A DNA stretch of 64,000 nt from Saccostrea cucullata (lineage: Eukaryota), in the NCBI RefSeq assembly GCF_032062105.1, contig NW_026933043.1, positions 434,001-498,000 on the forward strand. The letters run 5' to 3'. Of the stretch, positions 36,945 through 48,910 are shown in pieces (position 1 is the first letter of the stretch; every line of letters begins with the position of its first letter). Made by a program: the position numbers and the translations under genes. The notes below the pieces were generated by a model. It was not told the origin of the DNA. It ran no database searches and saw only the letters and a list, made by a program, of their open reading frames with translations.

Positions 36945-39900
36945 ATGGCGGGTGACAACACATCCACCGGTTTGGAAAATTATTTGCACTTCATTTTCCC
37001 TCAGCCATGCTATGATGAGTATTTTGTGAAATTTAATTTCTTTCACGGTACGACTTTTATTTTATTCTATGCATATTTGAATGACACTATGCTTTATTTA
37101 GTTACAAAAGACAAAAAACCGACAGTGATCAAAGTCCTCTGCACTCGAATTTCCTCGGATCCATTTTTGCAAGTAGACAAACTTCCGACTGATAGATATA
37201 CATTGGCCCAAGAACCTATTTTTAAAGGTCCCTGATTGACCAATGTTGACAGAGTTTAAAATTTTGTCAAATATTGAAAAGAGATATGCTAGTTAGTTAG
37301 TTAGTAACTTAGTTATATGAAATTTTCTCATGTTTCATTTTGAGATCTAAGGTTTCAAGAAGTGGAACATAATTATGGACATACAGCTAGGATTTACTTT
37401 TCCTAAAACACATTACATGTAGGACGATGTCAGTGAATATTTTGACAACATTTATAGAAATTAATGCACTTGCATTTTTACACTCATTATTTTTCCTCAG
37501 TATTAATCATCATGATGTTTAAATAGTTTTCCTTCTTTTTTCAGCCCAATGTTTCAACATAGTGCTTAGCAAAGCACTAGGATACAGTATTATCTTAGGA
37601 GCTGTTATGGGTATGTAACTCAAATGCAGTTTAAAGCAGGTTGGGGCCCATTGCCTAAAGGAAATGCATGTTCAATTTTGTTGATTAACTGACATATCAT
37701 ATTTTTTCATTGCTTTCTTAAAAAGCAATCATTATGTTCTGTTATTCTCCTTTATGAGATTGATCCACAAGAATTTCATGATTTCTGAGGAATGAATCTC
37801 ATTAACATTGAAATTACAGAAAAAAAAATGTTAATGTAAAATTATTAATATCTAGTAAATGTACTGTAATACAGCAAAACTCGTTTAGTACGAACACGCA
37901 TATTGTGAATTCATGGATATAGCGAAGTTATCTTGGTTCCCAAACTATAATATGTTCTACGATGCGACCGTTGGGGCGAGCGCAGTTATTTACTATCAAA
38001 AACATTTACACAGCTTTGACTTCCACTGCCTATCCTCAGTTCATTAAAAAAGAAGAAAAAAAAAACCAAAATCACTTCCCAGGCATCGGGATCAAGATTC
38101 CGAACTTCTCAGAAGTTTCTGACAAAATCAGAAATACCCAAGCCGTTTCAGTGACGAAAGTATGACGTCAAATAAAAAGTCCTGTTGACTCTGAACGCAA
38201 ATGATAGTTTTGTGGCATGGAGATAGCCACCATGTTGCTATGCACCGCAAAGGATTATTGAGAGTTTGGAATTTTTTCACGCGGTGAGATAAAAATTTCT
38301 TGGAACAATGTGCAGATTTCAACCCGAATTTCCTCCGTTCGTACACGTTAGTCTATTGAGCTTGCTACGCGAGCGGCGCTTCGCGCTGCCTTGCTGCGCT
38401 CGCTGTAAATTGAACTAATTTCTTATACGGATATAATGAATTACGGATATAGCGAAGTAATTTCATAGGTCCCAGCGACTTCGTTATAACCGAGTTTTAC
38501 TGTATTGATTAATGAAAATTGATTTCTTTCAGTGAAGCTTCCCCAGATTGTGAAGATTCTGAAGGCAGGTAGTGGGGAAGGAATCAGTCTGGCCGCTGTC
38601 CTGTGTGAACTCTTTGCCATCTCAGCCACCACCACATACGCATTCGCCATGAGCTTCCCATTCAGGTGTGAATAGACTATGAGTCTGTCTCAAACTCGCT
38701 AGTCATGAGCTACCAATTTAAGTGTGTATGAACCGTGAGTCTTCTCAAAATTGCTAGTATTGAGCTTCTATCTAGATCTCACTAGTATAGATTGAGCTTC
38801 CCATTCAAGTGTGAAAAGACAGAGAATCTGTCTCAAACATGCAAGTCGTGAATTTCCATTCAGGTGTGAATAAACTATGAATCTGTCTCAAACTCACTAG
38901 CCTTGGGCTTCCGAATTTAGGTTAGAATTAACTTTAAGTCTGTCTCAACCTTTTTAGCCATTTTAGTTTGAATAGATTGCAAGTCTATCTTAAACTCACA
39001 AACCATTAGATATGAGCTAATGTAGGTGGGAAGGGGTTGTGAGCCTGTCTCAAGCACAACAAATAAGTTCAGGGCTTTCACATTAGCAATTGGCTAGGTA
39101 TGAAATATAGAGTGTGAGTGTTTCATAAAATTACTGTAAATTACTAATTATACTGGAGGATTTTTTATTTCTTCATTTTGCAAAAAGTATTGGCTTTTAA
39201 TTATTGTTAAATTATAAATACATTATTTTTGAAATGTTCTCTGACTATTTTACAAGTTCAGTTCCAGAAATTATGTATTTTTGTAAAAGAGAAAACTAAA
39301 GTAACATTGATGAGAAAACTCCTTTTGTCTCCTCTAGTTATTGATATATAATTTTGTATTTATGTTAAAATGATGAGGTTAGCTTTGTGGTCTTTGCTTG
39401 GAGAAGGTCTTTGCATGTTCAATGTCTCTAACTATCTCTATTTCGCATGTCTGTTCCTGATATATATAATTATCAAAAATGATCTCTATTTTTCAGTGCC
39501 TATGGTGAGGGTCTATTCCTGACAATACAGACCAGTACAATTGCCTTCCTAATCCTATTCCTGGGTAGTAATGCTGTTGCGGCGTTGCTATTTGCAGCCT
39601 CCTATATAGGAATCATGGCTTATCTACTGTCAGGACTGTGTCCGCTGCCAATTTTAGGGGCATTACAGAGCATTAATATACCAATAGTGATACTTAGTAA
39701 GGTAAGTGATGGAACAAATATATATACTGGAGTGGAAACCTTAATTATTTTTGCTCCATATTGACTCTAAAAGGATGCATGCAAGTTTAAAAAAAAAAAT
39801 TCATTAAATTGACCATTATAATAAGGATTGGCAAAAATTTGGACAAACCATTTTGCTAACAATTTGACTGAAAAGGTAATTTTAAATTGACAACGTTATG

Positions 39901-40691
39901 GCCTAAAAAAAAAATATGTTTGTTTCCTGTAACCCGACTGACCCATTCAAATTACCCCCGGGTGGATTTTTTTTTTTCTGACAAATGGCAAAACTTCGTT
40001 TGATCAATTAGCTGATTCCATTTATTAAAAAAAAATTCGCTTGTAGCTTAACTTGAGACATAAAATATGTCAACCTAGTTTACATTTACCTTAGTTATAA
40101 AGAGTAATAATTATTATTGTAACAACAATTTCCCCTACAACTTTCTGAAGTTCGTTTTCTGCCCCTTGGCAGCCATTTTGGATGCCATGTTGGGTGTCCA
40201 CTGTAAATATGACACCTGGTATATTCAGTCCGGGGATGTTTAACCATTCATAAGCCAAAAAAAAAAAAAAAAAAAAGAATTCCCGACCTACCGACCCTTA
40301 ATTTTTTTGGAATGTTACAGGAAACAAACATATTTTTTTTTTAAGCCTATTACAGAATGATAGTCATTTACCCCCAAAAAGAGTTATCTCTCTTATCAGA
40401 GGAACATTAATATTGTACCTAAGACGGACACTTGTATCCTCTATTGATTTATTGATTCTCTCCCTCCAGATGCTGCAGGCCGTGACTAATTATCGTAATG
40501 GCGGTACGGGTCAGCTGTCTGTGGTGACGGTCTTCCTGTTGTTTGCAGGGTCACTAGCCCGAGTCTTCACGTCCATCCAGGAGACCGGAGACAATCTAAT
40601 TATCATCACATTCATCGTATCAACGGTCTTCAATGGACTGATATTTGCTCAGATTTTATATTACTGGAATGCCAAACCCAAGAGGGAATAA
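36945..40691 (+). CDS. MPDU1: Mannose-P-dolichol utilization defect 1 protein (PQ-loop family)
   Basis: Exons 36945-37047 ([11 protein letters not shown]), 37545-37610 ([12 protein letters not shown]), 38533-38665 ([16 protein letters not shown]...FPFS), 39497-39701 (AYGE), 40470-40691 ([33 protein letters not shown]). Confidence 0.95.
37870..38504. mobile_element. Tc1/mariner (pogo/Tigger-like) MITE in an MPDU1 intron
   Basis: tacagcaaaactcg ... cgagttttactgta; TA ends; repeated ggatatagcgaag subterminal motif. Confidence 0.7.
38648..38960 (+). repeat. ~56-bp degenerate tandem repeat spanning the MPDU1 exon 3 end and 5' splice site
   Basis: Unit gagcttcccattcag|gtgtgaatagactatgagtctgtctcaaactcgctagtcat, about 5-6 copies. 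Confidence 0.8.
39900..40347. mobile_element. MITE related to the 9118-10627 element (3-bp TSD)
   Basis: ggcctaaaaaaaaaatatgtttgtttcctgtaac / gttacaggaaacaaacatatttttttttaagcc; TSD tat; shares the ccgacc(t)accgacc motif. Confidence 0.75.
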
Positions 40692-42311
40692 AACGCAAAT
40701 CAATCCATTTCTGAAATACAGCAGTATGAAAAAAATAATCCATGGAATTTTCATGTAAAACTGTTTTGTTAGTCTTTGAAGTAGTGGGTTCTGTATTCTT
40801 TTAAAAGAGTAAGATTCATATGTTATATTACAGTCAAGTAACTGCAGCATGTAAGCAATAAAATTAATGTAAACCATAATTGGTGTATAAAGCCATGCTT
40901 TAACCAGATACTGTTCTGTTGTTGATAATCCAAAAATAGACTAAACAGATTCAATAGTTCAAGGGTTTATTTTTGTATCACACTTGTTGCATTTGATTTA
41001 TTTGTTAACAGTTATTTGTTAACAGTTATCTATATTCAATTTTTTGAATATGATTCATGTTGATTTAATGTATAGTAATTACTGAATTGTTGAAAACAAT
41101 TTTATATTATTGTAAAAAGTAGCAAGACAATTATAACATTACAGATTCTGATAAAATATCATTGAGTTGTTCTTGTACATCACGGTGTGTCACATAAAAG
41201 GACTAGATAAGCTAAGATCCCTTTTTGGGAGTTGAACTATGTTCAGACTCCCTAGGTCGCCACGCGGTTTCTAGCGCAGTACTTTTACAATGAATTATAT
41301 AGCGGCCGTCGTGGTATTTCTGTGTCGGCCAATTTACTCCCCTGTGATATTAAATACAAACTCGAACCAGTCTATATAAACTCGAAGAAACTTCCGCAAT
41401 AAAAATAGTCCATCTCATTTTTCTGAAGTAATCTAATTTTCATAAATGATTTGAAAGTAAATGAAATAGAATTTTATTTAACTTAATTTGAATAGCATAT
41501 TTTCGTCATCTCTCTTAAGAAATGACACGTAAATTTTGATTTCTGTATGAAAAAAGTCCCAGTTTTCCGTCATTTATCATTCGGCAATCCTCGGCTGACT
41601 CCGCTACGCTCCATTACAAAAAGTGCGAGGTCATCCAAGGAGCAACAACTGGTCTAACTGGTTTGACAATGACGGGATTGTCTTAATATAGAGATGTAAA
41701 CAAAGATGTAAGGTCAAAGGAACCCTATGGTTTAACCCAACTTTTTCAATTTGTTTCAGCAATAAAGAGACAGAACAACGTTTCTTAAAAAAAAAATACT
41801 ATGGAAAATATCACAGTCAGACATTTATTTGCTCTGACAAGTAAAATGATCTGTTAGACTGGAAATTTTTTGTCAGACCAGATAAATGCAACTCATTTTG
41901 TTTTACGTTGGTATAGGGAAATAATAATAGCATTAAAGTTTGTTGATATTCGATCTCACAATTTCAAATGACATTAATTTTGCATCCTTAATTTCATGAA
42001 TTTATCAGCATTCAGCTGGTCACGTGTACAACACCAAATCTGAACTTGAAAAATGTGTATGTACTTGCATTACAGTATTTCCTTATAAAATGTATCATTT
42101 GATTTTATTATTATATAATCAAAACAGTTAAAATCAATGAATACATGCGTATGCACGGACACAATGGTTTAATAATCCCAATGATCGAACTGTGAGAAAG
42201 ATCGTTCCTCATGATTACAACTGTTTTTTTCTTGTAGTAGCTCGTTAAACTATGTCTGATTTTTAATTACATTTGAATCAAATCAAAATCACAAACTTTA
42301 AGTGTCATTCG

Positions 42312-42560
42312 CGAAGCGTAGTTGTTAAAATAGTTTGCTCTAGAGATTCAGGTTCGAATCCTGTGGGTTGCATTTGGAGATTCTTTTGATGAGACCATAT
42401 AAACCGAAATCCCATGTCGCAGTAACACGTGCTTGCACAAAACAATCCCTCACTACTCATGGTTTTGAGTGTCGTGTATAGGTAAACATGTAGCTGGCTC
42501 CATCGACAAGTGGTAGTGTCTCAATATGATTGAAAAATTATCGAACGTCAAACAAACAAA
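42312..42560 (+). mobile_element. tRNA-derived SINE with Deu/Nin-like core
   Basis: B box ggttcgaatcc, then gatgagaccatataaaccgaaatcccatgtcgcag…, with an aaac-repeat tail; related copy at 52607-52790. Confidence 0.6.
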
Positions 42561-43431
42561 ATGTAAAGTATTCAGATATTTACTTCTATATAGAAATTAC
42601 TTGAAATGAAATTTAAAATTATGGAATAACAAAACTTGATTAAGTTATAAAGATAGATACATTTGATAAAATAGATAAGCACGGAGTTCTATAAAAAAAT
42701 TTATTGTGTCCGAAAAGAAACATTCATACCCAAAAGAGAATAGCAAATACATGTTTTAATCAGAGGAAGAAAAATGACAATCAGTGTCTGGTGATGGTAA
42801 CATCGAATATAAAGAGTGTTTGTTTGTTTGTTTCTTGGGACCAAATATCATGTACACATTCTAAAGAGAGTAGGGGGCGTTTTGATTCAAATGCGTCAGA
42901 AATATAAGGGTTGTGTTTGAGTTTGAGTAATAAATGGTACCGAAAGAAGTTTGAAACCTACCCACAAAATAGAGTTTGGAAATTTTTTTTTTGGTGGTGG
43001 TGGGTTGTTTGTTTGGTTTGGTCAAATTGTTGAGGTAAGAATTAGAAAGAATAAATCCAGAACTAAACTTAACTGTTCGTGCACTATAAATATACAGTTT
43101 TTTCTATGGATGGCACTGTAGCTCTGCGGTCGTTCAAATTCTTTTTTCGAGGAGCTACAGTTCTGCAGCTAATTTAATAGCAGTCCCATGATCTTGGCTA
43201 TTCAAATGCAATAGAAATTATTTTTAATGTTTCGTGTTGTATCTCTAACAAATCAGTTCTAGCTGACTTGAATCTGAAAGCATGAAACTGTTCCTATACT
43301 TCCTATGAGATCTTTCAGATAACAATGTTCAACTCCCATGAAAACTCTCATTACTTTGATTGTTCCCTTGTGTCTTCAAGATTGATGCAACAGTTTATCA
43401 ATAAAAAACAATTCACTAATTTACTACATAG

Positions 43432-46230
43432 TTCTCTTCTTCTTCTTCCCATGCAGTGCAAAACCACTTAAGTATTATTGCATTCTGCCTGAGGGGATGA
43501 GTGTCTATATATACTGTGCTCATAAAATTAAAAGATTAAAAGCGGAGAGATGTGAAATCTAGTGGCTGGCACTGAGAAGCTGGGTCTTGAAGCTGTCCAG
43601 GGTCTTGGCCTTCACCATTCCTCCTGGTAAGGAATTCCACAGCCGGATGGCTTGAGGGACGAAGGAGGTCGATTACAATTCTGTCCTTGTGTGTAGTACT
43701 AGGAATCGCAGGATGTGGCTACTGGTCCTTCAAGATGCTGGGTGTAAGAAGCTCTCCACCGTATGTCTACAAGATGGTAAACTATCCTATATCTCATGAT
43801 AACTTGGGCCCTTTCCCGACAGATCTGAAGTGACTGCCATTGGAGCTGCTGTAGCATTGATGTTACACTGCTTGTGTACTGGTAGTCTCCAATGGCAAAT
43901 CTAGCTGCCTTTCGTTGTACTGCCTCGGTCTTCTTGATACTCTCCTTCTTAGCTAAGCTCCCCACACTGGAGGCATACTAGTACTCAATCATGGGTCATA
44001 CCAGTGTGGAATAGCATTGTGCCTTGATGTTAGTTGGACATCAACTGATGTTTCTGCCGATGAAGGCCAGGGTGGAATTGGCCTTCTTAGTGATTTTATC
44101 TATGTGTGTATCCCAGCTAAGGTTCTTGTGGATTGTGAGACCAAGATACTTGGTAGAGTCGACAGTGTTTAGGACTTGGCTGGGTATGGTATAGTCGGCG
44201 CGAAATGGGGATTTCCGGTTTGTAACCCGCAGTACTTCACACTTATCCGGGTTGAACTGTATGGACCATCTGTCTTCCCACTCCTGAAGTTTATTTAAGT
44301 CGCTCTGTAAAATGGCTTGGTCTTTTGTTGTCCTTTTCCTTCTATATGACAAGCGGTCATCGGCAAAGAGGCGGGTGGTAGATGACACTGTTGATGGAAA
44401 GTCATTGATAAAGATCAAGAAAAATAATGGGCCTAAGACAATTCCCTGGGGGACTCCGATGAAATGATTGTGGCTGCTGATGATTGACCATCGAGTACAA
44501 CACGCTGGTTACGTCCGGTAAGGAAACTCGAGATCCAACGGTGTGTTTGACCTAAAATGGCATTATAGTGTAGTTTCATCCGAAGTCGATTGTTGGGGAC
44601 CTTGTCAAAGGCATTGGAGAAATTCAGGAGTAGGCAATCCATTTCTTCTCCGATGCCTATGCTCTGTGCAAGGTCATTGACTGGTAGGATGAGCTGTGGC
44701 TCAGTAGATCGATGTTTCCTGAAACCATGCTGGCTATCAGTCAAGAGCCCATGCTTGTCTAAGTGACCCATGATATGGCTGTGGACTATGTGCTCCATGA
44801 CCTTGCCACAAGCAGAAATCAGGGACACTGGGCGGTAGTTGACTGCTGCACTCCTATCTCCCCTCTTAAAAAGTGGTGTAATGTTAGCCGACTTCCATTC
44901 ATCTGGCACCCTGCCCTAGTCTAATGTAGCTTGATATAATAGGGTCAGGGCTGGTGCTATCTGTTGTGAAGTTTCTTTTAGTAATCGTGTGGAGACTTCA
45001 TCTGGTCCTGTGGTCTTATGGGAGTTGAGCTGCTGCAGTAGTTTCTCCACCCCATTTTGATGAACGTTGATGCTTGGAACTGTTGGATGTGGGCTGGGTC
45101 CCATGTCTGGAATTGGGTTGCTGGAATTCTCAGTAGTGAAAACAGATGAGAATTGTTGGTTAAGGATATCTGCCTTCACCTTGGCATCACTGTATGTTAA
45201 CCCATCGCGGTTTAGTGGTCCCTTTCTGCAAGCATCATGATATCTCAGTTTGTACTGAACATGTACAGAATTCTTAAAGTGCTTATACCGTGACTGATCC
45301 TGGGTAGATCTGGTTTTTATTTATTGCCTATAGGCACGATCTTTTCTTCTTGACAGGTGCTTAAGATCTCCTGTGATCCAGGGCTAGTTGAAGCCTGTCG
45401 TTGTCATCTTTGATGGAACATTCCTATTCAGAGCATCAAGACATCCGTTCTTAGAGCTGGATCACAGATTCTCGATTGGGTGTAAGGTGTCATAGCTAGC
45501 TGTGAATAGTTGACTAAAGGCAGTTATGTTGTTTCTAAGGCCCTCCAGGTCTGCTTTGTTCCACAGGTACAACTTCTGACTAAGGGTCTTTGAAGTTTAA
45601 CCTGGACATCACTGTCGAAAAATAATGCTTCGTGGTCGCTCATGCCTGCGAGTGGTCTCAGACGAATTACTATTAGTGGTCTGTTTGTAAGGACTAGGTC
45701 GAGGGTCGAATTATTTTTTTTTTTGGGGATCTCCACCTTTTGCAGTAGGACAGTATCAGCAAAGAAGTTAAGGAAAACGTTGTTCAACCCTTTTAGATTT
45801 TGATTCCCACTGATGGAGTTTGTTGACTAAGAGATATTCGGTAGATTGAAGACACAAGACAGCCAAATGGGGAGGTTTTTTCGTGCTTGTATGATGCTAT
45901 GGAGCTCGTCACATATTCGTTCCGTTTCCTCTTGGTTGCTACCGGGCGGTCTGTATAGTCCCGATATACCTGGTATTCAGTGGTGTGTGTCCCTCACTCT
46001 GATGTTTTAGAGATGTGGAGTACATCGCATGGTATATTTGCATTTGTTATGATTATGACACCTTCATAACCATCTTCACGATCCCTCCTATCTTTGACGA
46101 CATAACCTGAAGCTCGCATTTTTGCACGTATGCTTTGTTAGTTGAGTGAGATAATGCGAAATTTGTGTTGTAGCGGTTTTGCTATGGTACTTGGTGACGT
46201 TTCCTTCTTAGGCTCGGATGAGTGAAATGG
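43432..46230 (-). mobile_element. Decayed CR1/L2/Jockey-group LINE (APE endonuclease + reverse transcriptase ORF2)
   Basis: Frameshifted fragments: LDLVLTNRP..SDH (APE), GPDEV, WKSANITPLFKRG..NYRPVS, QHGFR, AFDKV, LFADD, KYLG; (GAA)n 3' tail near 43432-43450. Confidence 0.9.
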
Positions 46231-46300
46231 TGAGTTTCATCACTTTCATCACTATAAGTAGCTACAAACAGCCAGAGAATCGTTGACAATATTAAAGGAT

Positions 46301-48019
46301 CTACCACATGTATCTGATTTTCTTTACATTACCAGTGATATTTTCAGTGACAAAGAGGTTGTCTTTTGTGGATATACACAAATCTCCTGGGTGATTTAAA
46401 TGAAGCCCCCACCCTTGATAACAACCACAGCTGTCATTGTAATGGTAGTACCGTCCGATGTAACAGAGGAACTGTCCATCCAGATCTAAGATGTGGATAC
46501 AGTCGTTGTTATAGTCTGATATCAGGATCTGGCTCTGGCTGTCTGTTGTAATGCCGAATGGATCAAAAGGCCCCATTTTAGTTGAAAGATGACCAGTGTA
46601 TCTAAATCGGAGCACTCCTGTCTGACTGACCACCACCACTTCTTTGGCTCTGTTGTCAGTCACACAGATATCATGATTCCTGTTTTCACTGATACATTTA
46701 AAGAAACCAGGTGAATATAGAGGTTTATTGTTACTATCAAACTGAATTGTTTGTGCTTCCGTAGACCCAGAGTAACGGACAACCTTTGATTGTTTATCAT
46801 CGTCGCTGACCATGGTAACCAGAAGGTCCCCAGAGGAGGTACTACAGATATAGTAAGGTACCCACCCCTGCAGTCTAATTACTTCATGTATCTGTTCACT
46901 CTTCACTATGTTTACAGTTCTTTTACCAGAATCGGTATAAACTAAGTCTCCGCTTCTTGTCATGGCAATGTTATGTGGTTTTTCCCCTGACTTGGTTTTT
47001 ACTAACTTCAGTTGTTTATCTATGCCCTGTAGTTTGTAGAGTCTAATACTATTGTTATCTCCACATGTCCAGATTTTTTCATCGGTGAGACAGGTTACAC
47101 TACACAGTGGTACATACCCCGTGTCTATGGTGGCGATGAGCTCTGGTTCGTTAAGCAGTGGTTTGACCAGAGGACAGGATACAGCTTCTAGTAAATCCAT
47201 TGTGAATCCATGTTTTTCGGTTGTTATTGATAATGCTGACAGAGTGCCAAACATTTGATGTAGCTGTTTTGTGTTGATCTGAGGAACAGAGAAACTTGGG
47301 AATGAAACATTGACTTTTGTAGGTAATTTTCTGAATTCGTTATTTCTGGATTTGTATGCCATAGTGAGGGAGACATCATTGGAGTCCAATGTTTTCTTTA
47401 CTTTGCGGATACTCTGTCTTAATTTTGAAATTCTTTGCTCGATTTCATTCTTCTGTTCATTATGAGCAACCAGATGTTTAGTTTTCATCTTTTCAATTTC
47501 AGATTTCTGTTTATTGACAATGATGTCAATTTCTTTGTGCCAGTTTTCTGCTTGTTTAGTTACAGCTGTCGTCAGTTTCTCATAGTGTTTTTCCAAGTTT
47601 TCTTTTTCACACTGTATATGGGATGCAATTTCCTTATATGCAGGATAAATTCGTTTCTCTAGTTCTTTTAAATCTTTTTCTAAATTTTTTGTTTTAAAAC
47701 TAAGTGTCTGCAGGGCATCTGAGAAATCATGCCCTTTGTGTTGACCAGAAGAGATGCAGGTAGAACAAACAGGAAAATCACATTTATCACAGTAAAGTTC
47801 ACAATTTTTCTGATAATGGTGTGAACATTTAGGGTAGTCAGGAGTAGAAGTTCTTTGTTTGTATGGCACAACCTTGTGTGTTTGAGATGAATCGGAGAGA
47901 TGCTCCCCTACACAGGCCTTACACAGGTTAATCTGACAAAGTTCACAATGACTCTGTAATGCATCTCTTTGACACAGGTCACAGAAGAGAAGTACCTGAG
48001 CTCTGTCCAGGGAATGCAT
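46301..48019 (-). CDS. B-box/coiled-coil/NHL-repeat TRIM-like protein (RING-less; TRIM2/3/71-like, bivalve-expanded type)
   Basis: Intact 578-aa ORF in a single coding exon (acceptor at 48053), with B-box1 CDLC..C..C..C..C..H..H, B-box2, coiled coil and NHL repeats (PFGITTDSQSQILISD, HILDLDGQFL). Likely start is MHSLDRAQ at 48019. Confidence 0.9.
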   Translation of the reverse strand: MHSLDRAQVLLFCDLCQRDALQSHCELCQINLCKACVGEHLSDSSQTHKVVPYKQRTSTPDYPKCSHHYQKNCELYCDKCDFPVCSTCISSGQHKGHDFSDALQTLSFKTKNLEKDLKELEKRIYPAYKEIASHIQCEKENLEKHYEKLTTAVTKQAENWHKEIDIIVNKQKSEIEKMKTKHLVAHNEQKNEIEQRISKLRQSIRKVKKTLDSNDVSLTMAYKSRNNEFRKLPTKVNVSFPSFSVPQINTKQLHQMFGTLSALSITTEKHGFTMDLLEAVSCPLVKPLLNEPELIATIDTGYVPLCSVTCLTDEKIWTCGDNNSIRLYKLQGIDKQLKLVKTKSGEKPHNIAMTRSGDLVYTDSGKRTVNIVKSEQIHEVIRLQGWVPYYICSTSSGDLLVTMVSDDDKQSKVVRYSGSTEAQTIQFDSNNKPLYSPGFFKCISENRNHDICVTDNRAKEVVVVSQTGVLRFRYTGHLSTKMGPFDPFGITTDSQSQILISDYNNDCIHILDLDGQFLCYIGRYYHYNDSCGCYQGWGLHLNHPGDLCISTKDNLFVTENITGNVKKIRYMW

Positions 48020-48129
48020 ATCAGATATCAATGTCACATGTTGAAGATGATACTGTAAAAGAAATATTTGAATATTGTTAAACCCAAATAGGAAGGTGTC
48101 GACAATTCATTGTGTACAAAATAGCCTAA

Positions 48130-48910
48130 CAATCAGTATGAAAAGAGTCGATGACATTTCACGCATGTAAGATATTGGACAAAGTCTGCTTCAAAACAAT
48201 ACAAAAATAGGTCTGCTAATACCCATGGAAATTCCAATAGATTGCTGGAAGACATCCTCTCCAAAATCCACATAGATATGTCAACCTCAAAGTACTTGTG
48301 TATGCAATCAGAGCGATTTTTAACACAATGATTTTTCAAATGACCCGAAAAGGTTAGTAACTTTACTAGTTCCATTTTTATTGAAAAAGCAGCAATGGTA
48401 TTAAATGGCCTGAACTTAAATTTATCATGGGGAATACTTGTGTATAAAGTTGAAAAGTCGTATATGTTTCTAAGTCGATTATTGTGGTAAAACCTGATTT
48501 CAAATTGTCCAAAAGTTCCGTGGAATTTATTTTTGAGTGAATAATGCTTTTAAAAGTTCTTATGACATCTTTCTTTCACTCAGCATTTTTGGCAAATCAG
48601 TAGTCATACAATTGAGATTTGAAGTTGAGATATTAATGGAATTATGTTATAATAATAATCAAAATAATCATAAACACCATAATATTACTAAATATAGCTG
48701 TAGAAATGATTATATGAGAAGGCTGAAAGTTTGACAACTTTTGTATGAAACACAAGGAGATAATGAACAGTTTTCAAGATAAAAAAAATCCGCAAAATAA
48801 TACAAAATAGGAACAGAGCAAACAAGGACCTCGAAAACATCATAGGTGGGATCAGGTGCCATTGAGGAGTGAGAATCCCCTACCGACCGGTCACACCCGC
48901 CGCGCACTTC
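48130..48910 (-). mobile_element. Penelope-like retroelement RT remnants plus associated terminal repeat
   Basis: Minus-strand fragments YDFSTLYTSIPHDKFK and LADLFLYCFEADFVQ resemble PLE RT motifs. 48790-48910 matches a dispersed repeat also seen at ~2225-2375, ~16100-16260 and ~23120-23210. Confidence 0.6.

Noticed and set aside
41205-43345. Possible large element bounded by gggagttgaac / gttcaactccc
   Set aside because: The inverted match is short and I could not identify a TSD.
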